The notes under the pieces: model-generated | Told to the model about the DNA's origin: nothing | Databases searched by the model: none | What the model saw: the letters and a program-made list of their open reading frames with translations, nothing else | NCBI GenBank assembly: GCA_964057225.1 | Contig: OZ059898.1 | Location: forward strand, 3,100,001-3,164,000 | DNA length: 64,000 nucleotides | Source of the DNA: Auanema rhodensis | Taxonomy: Eukaryota; Animalia; Nematoda | Direction: 5' to 3' | Translations under genes and position numbers: made by a program | Part shown: positions 12,001 through 26,322 of the stretch, piece after piece | How positions within the stretch are numbered: the stretch's first letter is position 1 | Layout of the letters: the number at the start of each line of letters is the position of its first letter

Positions 12001-15000
12001 TTCGTTAAATAACATCGTCCATCGTCTTTGCCTTGAAAAAAGAAATCTAAAAACATCTACTTTTTGCTAAATTATTTTGAAATTTTTCGAAAAAATTTTT
12101 GTCAAAATGTTTTTGGAAGCAATGTTGAGTGTACATGGAAACTCAACATACACTAATGCATCATTTTTCAAACGATCATAACTAATTTTTGTATTAAGCG
12201 TTTTTCAATGTAGTATAGTGCATTCGATGCGGATTTTTAAGCTGCGTCGATCTGTGTTATCAGATTTGCGCTAGCTTAAAAATGCACCGAGATATCAACT
12301 GATATAAGTTCACACTTATATCCTCGATTTTCACCCTGAAGAATTAATTTTTTCGTTGAATAACATTGTCTATCGTCTTTGCCTTGAGAAAAGGAATCTA
12401 AAAACATCTACTTTTTGCTAAATTATTTTGAAATTTTTCGAAAAAATTTTTGTCAAAATGTTTTTGGAAGCAATGTTGAGTGTACATGGAAACTCAACAT
12501 ACACTAATGCATCATTTTTCAAACGATCATAACTAATTTTTGTATCAAGCGTTTCTCAATGTAGTATAGTGCATTCGATCCGGATTTTTAAGCTGCGTCG
12601 ATCTGTGTTATCAGATTTGCGCTAGCTTAAAAATGCACCGAGATATCAACTGATACAAGTTCACACTTATATCCTCGATTTTCACCCTGAAGAAATAATT
12701 TTTTCGTTGAATAACATTGTCCATCGTCTTTGCCTTGAAAAAAGGATTTTAAAAACATCTACTTTTTGCTAAATTATTTTGAAATTTTTCGAAAAAATTT
12801 TTGTCAAAATGTTTTTGGAAGCAATGTTGAGTGTACATGGAAACTCAACATACACTAATGCATCATTTTTCAAACGATCATAACTAATTTTTGTATTAAG
12901 CGTTTTTCAATGTAGTATAGTGCATTCGATGCGGATTTTTAAGCTGCGTCGATCTGTGTTATCAGATTTGCGCTAGCTTAAAAATGCACCGAGATATCAA
13001 CTGATATAAGTTCACACTTATATCCTCGATTTTCACCCTGAAGAAATAATTTTTTCGTTGAATAACATTGTCCATCGTCTTTGCCTTGAAAAATCGAATC
13101 TAAAAACATCTACTTTTCGCTAAATTATTTTGAAATTTTTCGAAAAAATTTTTGTCAAAATGTTTTTGGAAGCAATGTTGAGTGTACATGGAAACTCAAC
13201 ATACACTAATGCATCATTTTTCAAACGATCATAACTAATTTTTGTATTAAGCGTTTTTCAATGTAGTATAGTGCATTCGATGCGGATTTTTAAGCTGCGT
13301 CGATCTGTGTTATCAGATTTGCGCTAGCTTAAAAATGCACCGAGATATCAACTGATATAAGTTCACACTTATATCCTCGATTTTCACCCTGAAGAAATAA
13401 TTTTTTCGTTGAATAACATTGTCCATCGTCTTTGCCTTGAAAAATCGAATCTAAAAACATCTACTTTTCGCTAAATTATTTTGAAATTTTCCGAAAAAAT
13501 TTTTGTCAAAATGTTTTTGGAAGCAATGTTGAGTGTACATGGAAACTCAACATACACTAATGCATCATTTTTCAAACGATCATAACTAATTTTTGTATTA
13601 AGCGTTTTTCAATGTAGTATAGTGCATTCGATGCGGATTTTTAAGCTGCGTCGATCTGTGTTATCAGATTTGCGCTAGCTTAAAAATGCACCGAGATATC
13701 AACTGATATAAGTTCACACTTATATCCTCGATTTTCATCCTGAAGAATTAATTTTCTCGTTGAATAACATTGTCCATCGTCTTTGCCTTGAAAAAAGGAA
13801 TCTAAAAACATCTACTTTTTGCTAAATTATTTTGAAATTTTCCGAAAAAATTTTTGTCAAAATGTTTTTGGAAGCAATGTTGAGTGTACATGGAAACTCA
13901 ACATACACTAATGCATCATTTTTCAAACGATCATAACTAATTTTTGTATCAAGCTTTTCTCAATGTAGTATAGTGCATTCGATGCGGATTTTTAAGCTGC
14001 GTCGATCTGTGTTATCAGATTTGCGCTAGCTTAAAAATGCACCGAGATATCAACTGATATAAGTTCACACTTATATCCTCGATTTTCATCCTGAAGAATT
14101 AATTTTCTCGTTGAATAACATTGTCCATCGTCTTTGCCTTGAAAAAAGGAATCTAAAAACATCTACTTTTTGCTAAATTATTTTGAAATTTTTCGAAAAA
14201 ATTTTTGTCAAAATGTTTTTGGAAGCAATGTTGAGTGTACATGGAAACTCAACATACACTAATGCATCATTTTTCAAACGATCATAACTAATTTTTGTAT
14301 TAAGCGTTTTTCAATGTAGTATAGTGCATTCGATGCGGATTTTTAAGCTGCGTCGATCTGTGTTATCAGATTTGCGCTAGCTTAAAAATGCACCGAGATA
14401 TCAACTGATATAAGTTCACACTTATATCCTCGATTTTCATCCTGAAGAATTAATTTTCTCGTTGAATAACATTGTCCATCGTCTTTGCCTTGAAAAAAGG
14501 AATCTAAAAACATCTACTTTTTGCTAAATTATTTTGAAATTTTCCGAAAAAATTTTTGTCAAAATGTTTTTGGAAGCAATGTTGAGTGTACATGGAAACT
14601 CAACATACACTAATGCATCATTTTTCAAACGATCATAACTAATTTTTGTATCAAGCTTTTCTCAATGTAGTATAGTGCATTCGATGCGGATTTTTAGGCT
14701 GCGTCGATCTGTGTTATCAGATTTGCGCTAGCTTAAAAATGCACCGAGATATCAACTGATATAAGTTCACACTTATATCCTCGATTTTCATCCTGAAGAA
14801 TTAATTTTCTCGTTGAATAACATTGTCCATCGTCTTTGCCTTGAAAAAAGGAATCTAAAAACATCTACTTTTTGCTAAATTATTTTGAAATTTTCCGAAA
14901 AAATTTTTGTCAAAATGTTTTTGGAAGCAATGTTGAGTGTACATGGAAACTCAACATACACTAATGCATCATTTTTCAAACGATCATAACTAATTTTTGT

Positions 15001-18000
15001 ATCAAGCTTTTCTCAATGTAGTATAGTGCATTCGATGCGGATTTTTAAGCTGCGTCGATCTGTGTTATCAGATTTGCGCTAGCTTAAAAATGCACCGAGA
15101 TATCAACTGATATAAGTTCACACTTATATCCTCGATTTTCATCCTGAAGAATTAATTTTCTCGTTGAATAACATTGTCCATCGTCTTTGCCTTGAAAAAA
15201 TAAATCTAAAAACATCTACTTTTTGCTAAATTATTTTGAAATTTTCCGAAAAAATTTTTGTCAAAATGTTTTTGGAAGCAATGTTGAGTGTACATGGAAA
15301 CTCAACATACACTAATGCATCATTTTTCAAACGATCATAACTAATTTTTGTATTAAGCGTTTTTCAATGTAGTATAGTGCATTCGATGCGGATTTTTAAG
15401 CTGCGTCGATCTGTGTTATCAGATTTGCGCTAGCTTAAAAATGCACCGAGACATCAACTGATATAAGTTCACACTTATATCCTCGATTTTCATCCTGAAG
15501 AATTAATTTTCTCGTTGAATAACATTGTCCATCGTCTTTGCCTTGAAAAAAGGAATCTAAAAACATCTACTTTTTGCTAAATTATTTTGAAATTTTCCGA
15601 AAAAATTTTTGTCAAAATGTTTTTGGAAGCAATGTTGAGTGTACATGGAAACTCAACATACACTAATGCATCATTTTTCAAACGATCATAACTAATTTTT
15701 GTATCAAGCTTTTCTCAATGTAGTATAGTGCATTCGATGCGGATTTTTAAGCTGCGTCGATCTGTGTTATCAGATTTGCGCTAGCTTAAAAATGCACCGA
15801 GATATCAACTGATATAAGTTCACACTTATATCCTCGATTTTCATCCTGAAGAATTAATTTTCTCGTTGAATAACATTGTCCATCGTCTTTGCCTTGAAAA
15901 AAGAAATCTAAAAACATCTACTTTTTGCTAAATTATTTTGAAATTTTCCGAAAAAATTTTTGTCAAAATGTTTTTGGAAGCAATGTTGAGTGTACATGGA
16001 AACTCAACATACACTAATGCATCATTTTTCAAACGATCATAACTAATTTTTGTATTAAGCGTTTTTCAATGTAGTATAGTGCAATCGATGCGGATTTTTA
16101 AGCTGCGTCGATCTGTGTTATCAGATTTGCGCTAGCTTAAAAATGCACCGAGATATCAACTGATATAAGTTCACACTTATATCCTCGATTTTCATCCTGA
16201 AGAATTAATTTTTTCGTTGAATAACATTGTCCATCGTCTTTGCCTTGAAAAATCGAATCTAAAAACATCTACTTTTCGCTAAATTATTTTGAAATTTTTC
16301 GAAAAAATTTTTGTCAAAATGTTTTTGGAAGCAATGTTGAGTGTACATGGAAACTCAACATACACTAATGCATCATTTTTCAAACGATCATAACTAATTT
16401 TTGTATTAAGCGTTTTTCAATGTAGTATAGTGCATTCGATGCGGATTTTTAAGCTGCGTCGATCTGTGTTATCAGATTTGCGCTAGCTTAAAAATGCACC
16501 GAGATATCAACTGATATAAGTTCACACTTATATCCTCGATTTTCATCCTGAAGATTTAATTTTCTCGTTGAATAACATTGTCCATCGTCTTTGCCTTGAA
16601 AAAAGGAATCTAAAAACATCTACTTTTTGCTAAATTATTTTGAAATTTTCCGAAAAAATTTTTGTCAAAATGTTTTTGGAAGCAATGTTGAGTGTACATG
16701 GAAACTCAACATACACTAATGCATCATTTTTCAAACGATCATAACTAATTTTTGTATCAAGCTTTTCTCAATGTAGTATAGTGCATTCGATGCGGATTTT
16801 TAAGCTGCGTCGATCTGTGTTATCAGATTTGCGCTAGCTTAAAAATGCACCGAGATATCAACTGATATAAGTTCACACTTATATCCTCGATTTTCATCCT
16901 GAAGAATTAATTTTCTCGTTGAATAACATTGTCCATCGTCTTTGCCTTGAAAAAAGAAATCTAAAAACATCTACTTTTTGCTAAATTATTTTGAAATTTT
17001 CCGAAAAAATTTTTGTCAAAATGTTTTTGGAAGCAATGTTGAGTGTACATGGAAACTCAACATACACTAATGCATCATTTTTCAAACGATCATAACTAAT
17101 TTTTGTATCAAGCGTTTTTCAATGTAGTATAGTGCAATCGATGCGGATTTTTAAGCTGCGTCGATCTGTGTTATCAGATTTGCGCTAGCTTAAAAATGCA
17201 CCGAGATATCAACTGATATAAGTTCACACTTATATCCTCGATTTTCATCCTGAAGAATTAATTTTTTCGTTGAATAACATTGTCCATCGTCTTTGCCTTG
17301 AAAAATGGAATCTAAAAACATCTACTTTTTGGTAAATTATTTTGAAATTTTTCGAAAAAATTTTTGTCAAAATGTTTTTGGAAGCAATGTTGAGTGTACA
17401 TGGAAACTCAACATACACTAATGCATCATTTTTCAAACGATCATAACTAATTTTTGTATCAAGCGTTTCTCAATGTAGTATAGTGCATTCGATCCGGATT
17501 TTTAAGCTGCGTCGATCTGTGTTATCAGATTTGCGCTAGCTTAAAAATGCACCGAGATATCAACTGATATAAGTTCACACTTATATCCTCGATTTTCATC
17601 CTGAAGAATTAATTTTTTCGTTGAATAACATTGTCCATCGTCTTTGCCTTGAAAAATCGAATCTAAAAACATCTACTTTTCGCTAAATTATTTTGAAATT
17701 TTTCGAAAAAATTTTTGTCAAAATGTTTTTGGAAGCAATGTTGAGTGTACATGGAAACTCAACATACACTAATGCATCATTTTTCAAACGATCATAACTA
17801 ATTTTTGTATTAAGCTTTTCTCAATGTAGTATAGTGCATTCGAAGCGGATTTTTAAGCTGCGTCGATCTGTGTTATCAGATTTGCGCTAGCTTAAAAATG
17901 CACCGAGATATCAACTGATATAAGTTCACACTTATATCCTCGATTTTCACCCTGAAGAATTAACTTTTTCGTTGAATAACATTGTCTATCGTCTTTGCCT

Positions 18001-21000
18001 TGAAAAATGGAATCTAAAAACATCTACTTTTTGGTAAATTATTTTGAAATTTTTCGAAAAAATTTTTGTCAAAATGTTTTTGGAAGCAATGTTGAGTGTA
18101 CATGGAAACTCAACATACACTAATGCATCATTTTTCAAACGATCATAACTAATTTTTGTATTAAGCGTTTTTCAATGTAGTATAGTGCAATCGATGCGGA
18201 TTTTTAAGCTGCGTCGATCTGTGTTATCAGATTTGCGCTAGCTTAAAAATGCACCGAGATATCAACTGATATAAGTTCACACTTATATCCTCGATTTTCA
18301 TCCTGAAGAATTAATTTTTTCGTTGAATAACATTGTCCATCGTCTTTGCCTTGAAAAATCGAATCTAAAAACATCTACTTTTCGCTAAATTATTTTGAAA
18401 TTTTTCGAAAAAATTTTTGTCAAAATGTTTTTGGAAGCAATGTTGAGTGTACATGGAAACTCAACATACACTAATGCATCATTTTTCAAACGATCATAAC
18501 TAATTTTTGTATCAAGCGTTTTTTAATGTAGTATAGTGCATTCGATGCGGATTTTTAAGCTGCGTCGATCTGTGTTATCAGATTTGCGCTAGCTTAAAAA
18601 TGCACCGAGATATCAACTGATATAAGTTCACACTTATATCCTCGATTTTCATCCTGAAGAATTAATTTTTTCGTTGAATAACATTGTCCATCGTCTTTGC
18701 CTTGAAAAATGGAAACTAAAAACATCTACTTTTTGCTAAATTATTTTGAAATTTTTCGAAAAAATTTTTGTCAAAATGTTTTTGGAAGCAATGTTGAGTG
18801 TACATGGAAACTCAACATACACTAATGCATCATTTTTCAAACGATCATAACTAATTTTTGTATCAAGCTTTTCTCAATGTAGTATAGTGCATTCGATGCG
18901 GATTTTTAAGCTGCGTCGATCTGTGTTATCAGATTTGCGCTAGCTTAAAAATGCACCGAGATATCAACTGATATAAGTTCACACTTATATCCTCGATTTT
19001 CATCCTGAAGAATTAATTTTTTCGTTTAATAACATTGTCCATCGTCTTTGCCTTGAAAAATCGAATCTAAAAACATCTACTTTTTGCTAAATTATTCTGA
19101 AATTTTTCGAAAAAATTTTTGTCAAAATGTTTTTGGAAGCAATGTTGAGTGTACATGGAAACTCAACATACACTAATGCATCATTTTTCAAACGATCATA
19201 ACTAATTTTTGTATCAAGCGTTTTTCAATGTAGTATAGTGCATTCGATGCGGATTTTTAAGCTGCGTCGATCTGTGTTATCAGATTTGCGCTAGCTTAAA
19301 AATGCACCGAGATATCAACTGATATAAGTTCACACTTATATCCTCGATTTTCACCCTGAAGAATTAACTTTTTCGTTGAATAACATTGTCTATCGTCTTT
19401 GCCTTGAAAAATGGAAACTAAAAACATCTACTTTTTGCTAAATTATTTTGAAATTTTTCGAAAAAATTTTTGTCAAAATGTTTTTGGAAGCAATGTTGAG
19501 TGTACATGGAAACTCAACATACACTAATGCATCATTTTTCAAACGATCATAACTAATTTTTGTATCAAGCTTTTCTCAATGTAGTATAGTGCATTCGATG
19601 CGGATTTTTAAGCTGCGTCGATCTGTGTTATCAGATTTGCGCTAGCTTAAAAATGCACCGAGATATCAACTGATATAAGTTCACACTTATATCCTCGATT
19701 TTCACCCTGAAGAATTAACTTTTTCGTTGAATAACATTGTCTATCGTCTTTGCCTTGAAAAATGGAATCTAAAAACATCTACTTTTTGCTAAATTATTTT
19801 GAAATTTTTCGAAAAAATTTTTGTCAAAATGTTTTTGGAAGCAATGTTGAGTGTACATGGAAACTCAACATACACTAATGCATCATTTTTCAAACGATCA
19901 TAACTAATTTTTGTATTAAGCTTTTCTCAATGTAGTATAGTGCATTCGATGCGGATTTTCAAGCTGCGTCGATCTGTGTTATCAGATGTGCGCTAGCTTA
20001 AAAATGCACCGAGATATCAACTGATATAAGTTCACACTTATATCCTCGATTTTCACCCTGAAGAATTAACTTTTTCGTTGAATAACATTGTCTATCGTCT
20101 TTGCCTTGAAAAATGGAATCTAAAAACATCTACTTTTTGGTAAATTATTTTGAAATTTTTCGAAAAAATTTTTGTCAAAATGTTTTTGGAAGCAATGTTG
20201 AGTGTACATGGAAACTCAACATACACTAATGCTTCATTTTTCAAACGATCATAACTAATTTTTGTATCAAGCGTTTCTCAATGTAGTATAGTGCATTCGA
20301 TCCGGATTTTTAAGCTGCGTCGATCTGTGTTATCAGATTTGCGCTAGCTTAAAAATGCACCGAGATATCAACTGATATAAGTTCACACTTATATCCTCGA
20401 TTTTCATCCTGAAGAATTAATTTTTTCGTTGAATAACATTGTCCATCGTCTTTGCCTTGAAAAATCGAATCTAAAAACATCTACTTTTTGCTAAATTATT
20501 TTGAAATTTTTCGAAAAAATTTTTGTCAAAATGTTTTTGGAAGCAATGTTGAGTGTACATGGAAACTCAACATACACTAATGCATCATTTTTCAAACGAT
20601 CATAACTAATTTTTGTATCAAGCGTTTTTCAATGTAGTATAGTGCATTCGATGCGGATTTTTAAGCTGCGTCGATCTGTGTTATCAGATTTGCGCTAGCT
20701 TAAAAATGCACCGAGATATCAACTGATATAAGTTCACACTTATATCCTCGATTTTCACCCTGAAGAATTAACTTTTTCGTTGAATAACATTGTCCATCGT
20801 CTTTGCCTTGAAAAATCGAATCTAAAAACATCTACTTTTTGCTAAATTATTTTGAAATTTTTCGAAAAAATTTTTGTCAAAATGTTTTTGGAAGCAATGT
20901 TGAGTGTACATGGAAACTCAACATACACTAATGCATCATTTTTCAAACGATCATAACTAATTTTTGTATCAAGCTTTTCTCAATGTAGTATAGTGCATTC

Positions 21001-21410
21001 GATGCGGATTTTTAAGCTGCGTCGATCTGTGTTATCAGATTTGCGCTAGCTTAAAAATGCACCGAGATATCAACTGATATAAGTTCACACTTATATCCTC
21101 GATTTTCACCCTGAAGAATTAACTTTTTCGTTGAATAACATTGTCTATCGTCTTTGCCTTGAAAAATGGAATCTAAAAACATCTACTTTTCGCTAAATTA
21201 TTTTGAAATTTTTCGAAAAAATTTTTGTCAAAATGTTTTTGGAAGCAATGTTGAGTGTACATGGAAACTCAACATACACTAATGCATCATTTTTCAAACG
21301 ATCATAACTAATTTTTGTATTAAGCTTTTCTCAATGTAGTATAGTGCATTCGATGCGGATTTTTAAGCTGCGTCGATCTGTGTTATCAGATTTGCGCTAG
21401 CTTAAAAATG

Positions 21411-23516
21411 CACCGAGATATCAACTGATATAAGTTCACACTTATATCCTCGATTTTCACCCTGAAGAATTAACTTTTTCGTTGAATAACATTGTCTATC
21501 GTCTTTGCCTTGAAAAATGGAATCTAAAAACATCTACTTTTTGGTAAATTATTTTGAAATTTTTCGAAAAAATTTTTGTCAAAATGTTTTTGGAAGCAAT
21601 GTTGAGTGTACATGGAAACTCAACATACACTAATGCATCATTTTTCAAACGATCATAACTAATTTTTGTATCAAGCGTTTCTCAATGTAGTATAGTGCAT
21701 TCGATCCGGATTTTTAAGCTGCGTCGATCTGTGTTATCAGATTTGCGCTAGCTTAAAAATGCACCGAGATATCAACTGATATAAGTTCACACTTATATCC
21801 TCGATTTTCATCCTGAAGAATTAATTTTTTCGTTGAATAACATTGTCCATCGTCTTTGCCTTGAAAAATCGAATCTAAAAACATCTACTTTTCGCTAAAT
21901 TATTTTGAAATTTTTCGAAAAAATTTTTGTCAAAATGTTTTTGGAAGCAATGTTGAGTGTACATGGAAACTCAACATACACTAATGCATCATTTTTCAAA
22001 CGATCATAACTAATTTTTGTATTAAGCTTTTCTCAATGTAGTATAGTGCATTCGAAGCGGATTTTTAAGCTGCGTCGATCTGTGTTATCAGATTTGCGCT
22101 AGCTTAAAAATGCACCGAGATATCAACTGATATAAGTTCACACATATATCCTCGATTTTCACCCTGAAGAATTAACTTTTTCGTTGAATAACATTGTCTA
22201 TCGTCTTTGCCTTGAAAAATGGAATCTAAAAACATCTACTTTTTGGTAAATTATTTTGAAATTTTTCGAAAAAATTTTTGTCAAAATGTTTTTGGAAGCA
22301 ATGTTGAGTGTACATGGAAACTCAACATACACTAATGCATCATTTTTCAAACGATCATAACTAATTTTTGTATCAAGCGTTTCTCAATGTAGTATAGTGC
22401 ATTCGATCCGGATTTTTAAGCTGCGTCGATCTGTGTTATCAGATTTGCGCTAGCTTAAAAATGCACCGAGATATCAACTGATATAAGTTCACACTTATAT
22501 CCTCGATTTTCATCCTGAAGAATTAATTTTTCCGTTGAATAACATTGTCCATCGTCTTTGCCTTGAAAAATCGAATCTAAAAACATCTACTTTTCGCTAA
22601 ATTATTTTGAAATTTTTCGAAAAAATTTTTGTCAAAATGTTTTTGGAAGCAATGTTGAGTGTACATGGAAACTCAACATACACTAATGCATCATTTTTCA
22701 AACGATCATAACTAATTTTTGTATTAAGCTTTTCTCAATGTAGTATAGTGCATTCGAAGCGGATTTTTAAGCTGCGTCGATCTGTGTTATCAGATTTGCG
22801 CTAGCTTAAAAATGCACCGAGATATCAACTGATATAAGTTCACACTTATATCCTCGATTTTCACCCTGAAGAATTAACTTTTTCGTTGAATAACATTGTC
22901 TATCGTCTTTGCCTTGAAAAATGGAATCTAAAAACATCTACTTTTTGGTAAATTATTTTGAAATTTTTCGAAAAAATTTTTGTCAAAATGTTTTTGGAAG
23001 CAATGTTGAGTGTACATGGAAACTCAACATACACTAATGCATCATTTTTCAAACGATCATAACTAATTTTTGTATCAAGCGTTTCTCAATGTAGTATAGT
23101 GCATTCGATCCGGATTTTTAAGCTGCGTCGATCTGTGTTATCAGATTTGCGCTAGCTTAAAAATGCACCGAGATATCAACTGATATAAGTTCACACTTAT
23201 ATCCTCGATTTTCATCCTGAAGAATTAATTTTTTCGTTGAATAACATTGTCCATCGTCTTTGCCTTGAAAAATCGAATCTAAAAACATCTACTTTTCGCT
23301 AAATTATTTTGAAATTTTTCGAAAAAATTTTTGTCAAAATGTTTTTGGAAGCAATGTTGAGTGTACATGGAAACTCAACATACACTAATGCATCATTTTT
23401 CAAACGATCATAACTAATTTTTGTATTAAGCTTTTCTCAATGTAGTATAGTGCATTCGATCCGGATTTTTAAGCTGCGTCGATCTGTGTTATCAGATTTG
23501 CGCTAGCTTAAAAATG
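21411..23516 (+). repeat. Local dimer higher-order repeat, period 702 bp, three units
   Basis: Type A (AACTTT, CTATC, GGTAAATT, TCCGG) alternates with type B (TTCATCC, AAATCG, TTCGC, TTAAGCTTTT). CGAAGCGG is present in the first two B monomers. Confidence 0.85.
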
Positions 23517-24218
23517 CACCGAGATATCAACTGATATAAGTTCACACTTATATCCTCGATTTTCACCCTGAAGAATTAACTTTTTCGTTGAATTACATTG
23601 TCTATCGTCTTTGCCTTGAAAAATGGAATCTAAAAACATCTACTTTTTGGTAAATTATTTTGAAATTTTTCGAAAAAATTTTTGTCAAAATGTTTTTGGA
23701 AGCAATGTTGAGTGTACATGGAAACTCAACATACACTAATGCATCATTTTTCAAACGATCATAACTAATTTTTGTATCAAGCTTTTCTCAATGTAGTATA
23801 GTGCATTCGATGCGGATTTTTAAGCTGCGTCGATATGTGTTATCAGATTTGCGCTAGCTTAAAAATGCACCGAGATATCAACTGATATAAGTTCACACTT
23901 ATATCCTCGATTTTCACCCTGAAGAATTAACTTTTTCGTTGAATAACATTGTCTATCGTCTTTGCCTTGAAAAATGGAATCTAAAAACATCTACTTTTTG
24001 GTAAACTATTTTGAAATTTTTCGAAAAAATTTTTGTCAAAATGTTTTTGGAAGCAATGTTGAGTGTACATGGAAACTCAACATACACTAATGCATCATTT
24101 TTCAAACGATCATAACTAATTTTTGTATCAAGCGTTTCTCAATGTAGTATAGTGCATTCGATCCGGATTTTTAAGCTGCGTCGATCTGTGTTATCAGATT
24201 TGCGCTAGCTTAAAAATG

Positions 24219-26322
24219 CACCGAGATATCAACTGATATAAGTTCACACTTATATCCTCGATTTTCACCCTGAAGAATTAATTTTTTCGTTGAATAACAT
24301 TGTCCATCGTCTTTGCCTTGAAAAAAGGAATCTAAAAACATCTACTTTTTGCTAAATTATTTTGAAATTTTCCGAAAAAATTTTTGTCAAAATGTTTTTG
24401 GAAGCAATGTTGAGTGTACATGGAAACTCAACATACACTAATGCATCATTTTTCAAACGATCATAACTAATTTTTGTATCAAGCGTTTTTCAATGTAGTA
24501 TAGTGCAATCGATGCGGATTTTTAAACTGCGTCGATCTGTGTTATCAGATTTGCGCTAGCTTAAAAATGCACCGAGATATCAACTGATATAAGTTCACAC
24601 TTATATCCTCGATTTTCATCCTGAAGAATTAATTTTTCGTTGAATAACATTGTCCATCGTCTTTGCCTTGGAAAATCGAATCTAAAAACATCTACTTTTC
24701 GCTAAATTATTTTGAAATTTTTCGAAAAAATTTTTGTCAAAATGTTTTTGGAAGCAATGTTGAGTGTACATGGAAACTCAACATACACTAATGCATCATT
24801 TTTCAAACGATCATAACTAATTTTTGTATCAAGCGTTTTTCAATGTAGTATAGTGCATTCGATGCGGATTTTTAAGCTGCGTCGATCTGTGTTATCAGAT
24901 TTGCGCTAGCTTAAAAATGCACCGAGATATCAACTGATACAAGTTCACACTTATATCCTCGATTTTCACCCTGAAGAAATAATTTTTTCGTTGAATAACA
25001 TTGTCCATCGTCTTTGCCTTGAAAAAAGGATTTTAAAAACATCTACTTTTTGCTAAATTATTTTGAAATTTTTCGAAAAAATTTTTGTCAAAATGTTTTT
25101 GGAAGCAATGTTGAGTGTACAAGGAAACTCAACATACACTAATGCATCATTTTTCAAACGATCATAACTAATTTTTGTATCAAGCGTTTCTCAATGTAGT
25201 ATAGTGCATTCGATCCGGATTTTTAAGCTGCGTCGATCTGTGTTATCAGATTTGCGCTAGCTTAAAAATGCACCGAGATATCAACTGATATAAGTTCACA
25301 CTTATATCCTCGATTTTCACCCTGAAGAATTAATTTTTTCGTTGAATAACATTGTCCATCGTCTTTGCCTTGAAAAAAGGAATCTAAAAACATCTACTTT
25401 TTGCTAAATTATTTTGAAATTTTCCGAAAAAATTTTTGTCAAAATGTTTTTGGAAGCAATGTTGAGTGTACATGGAAACTCAACATACACTAATGCATCA
25501 TTTTTCAAACGATCATAACTAATTTTTGTATCAAGCGTTTTTCAATGTAGTATAGTGCAATCGATGCGGATTTTTAAACTGCGTCGATCTGTGTTATCAG
25601 ATTTGCGCTAGCTTAAAAATGCACCGAGATATCAACTGATATAAGTTCACACTTATATCCTCGATTTTCATCCTGAAGAATTAATTTTTCGTTGAATAAC
25701 ATTGTCCATCGTCTTTGCCTTGGAAAATCGAATCTAAAAACATCTACTTTTCGCTAAATTATTTTGAAATTTTTCGAAAAAATTTTTGTCAAAATGTTTT
25801 TGGAAGCAATGTTGAGTGTACATGGAAACTCAACATACACTAATGCATCATTTTTCAAACGATCATAACTAATTTTTGTATCAAGCGTTTTTCAATGTAG
25901 TATAGTGCATTCGATGCGGATTTTTAAGCTGCGTCGATCTGTGTTATCAGATTTGCGCTAGCTTAAAAATGCACCGAGATATCAACTGATACAAGTTCAC
26001 ACTTATATCCTCGATTTTCACCCTGAAGAAATAATTTTTTCGTTGAATAACATTGTCCATCGTCTTTGCCTTGAAAAAAGGATTTTAAAAACATCTACTT
26101 TTTGCTAAATTATTTTGAAATTTTTCGAAAAAATTTTTGTCAAAATGTTTTTGGAAGCAATGTTGAGTGTACAAGGAAACTCAACATACACTAATGCATC
26201 ATTTTTCAAACGATCATAACTAATTTTTGTATCAAGCGTTTTTCAATGTAGTATAGTGCATTCGATGCGGATTTTTAAGCTGCGTCGATCTGTGTTATCA
26301 GATTTGCGCTAGCTTAAAAATG
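24219..26322 (+). repeat. Local trimer duplication, period 1,052 bp
   Basis: The same 1-bp T deletion (~24635 and ~25687) and the rare GTACAAGG variant (~25122 and ~26174) occur 1052 bp apart. Confidence 0.9.

Larger units (their letters stand above)
1..13396 (+). repeat. Copy 1 of a large block duplication within the array (at least 38 monomers; left end outside the window)
   Basis: Rare variants recur in the same order 34,044 bp downstream: GGACTTTC (~1163), CAACGAG (10180), AAAACTTTTTGG (~10350), GCTGAATT and TTCGAACG (M31), GTTAAAT (~12004). Four ORF-track entries are offset by exactly 34,044. Confidence 0.95.

Noticed and set aside
17245-17436. 63-aa minus-strand ORF
   Set aside because: A chance combination of common variants in one monomer; no coding evidence.
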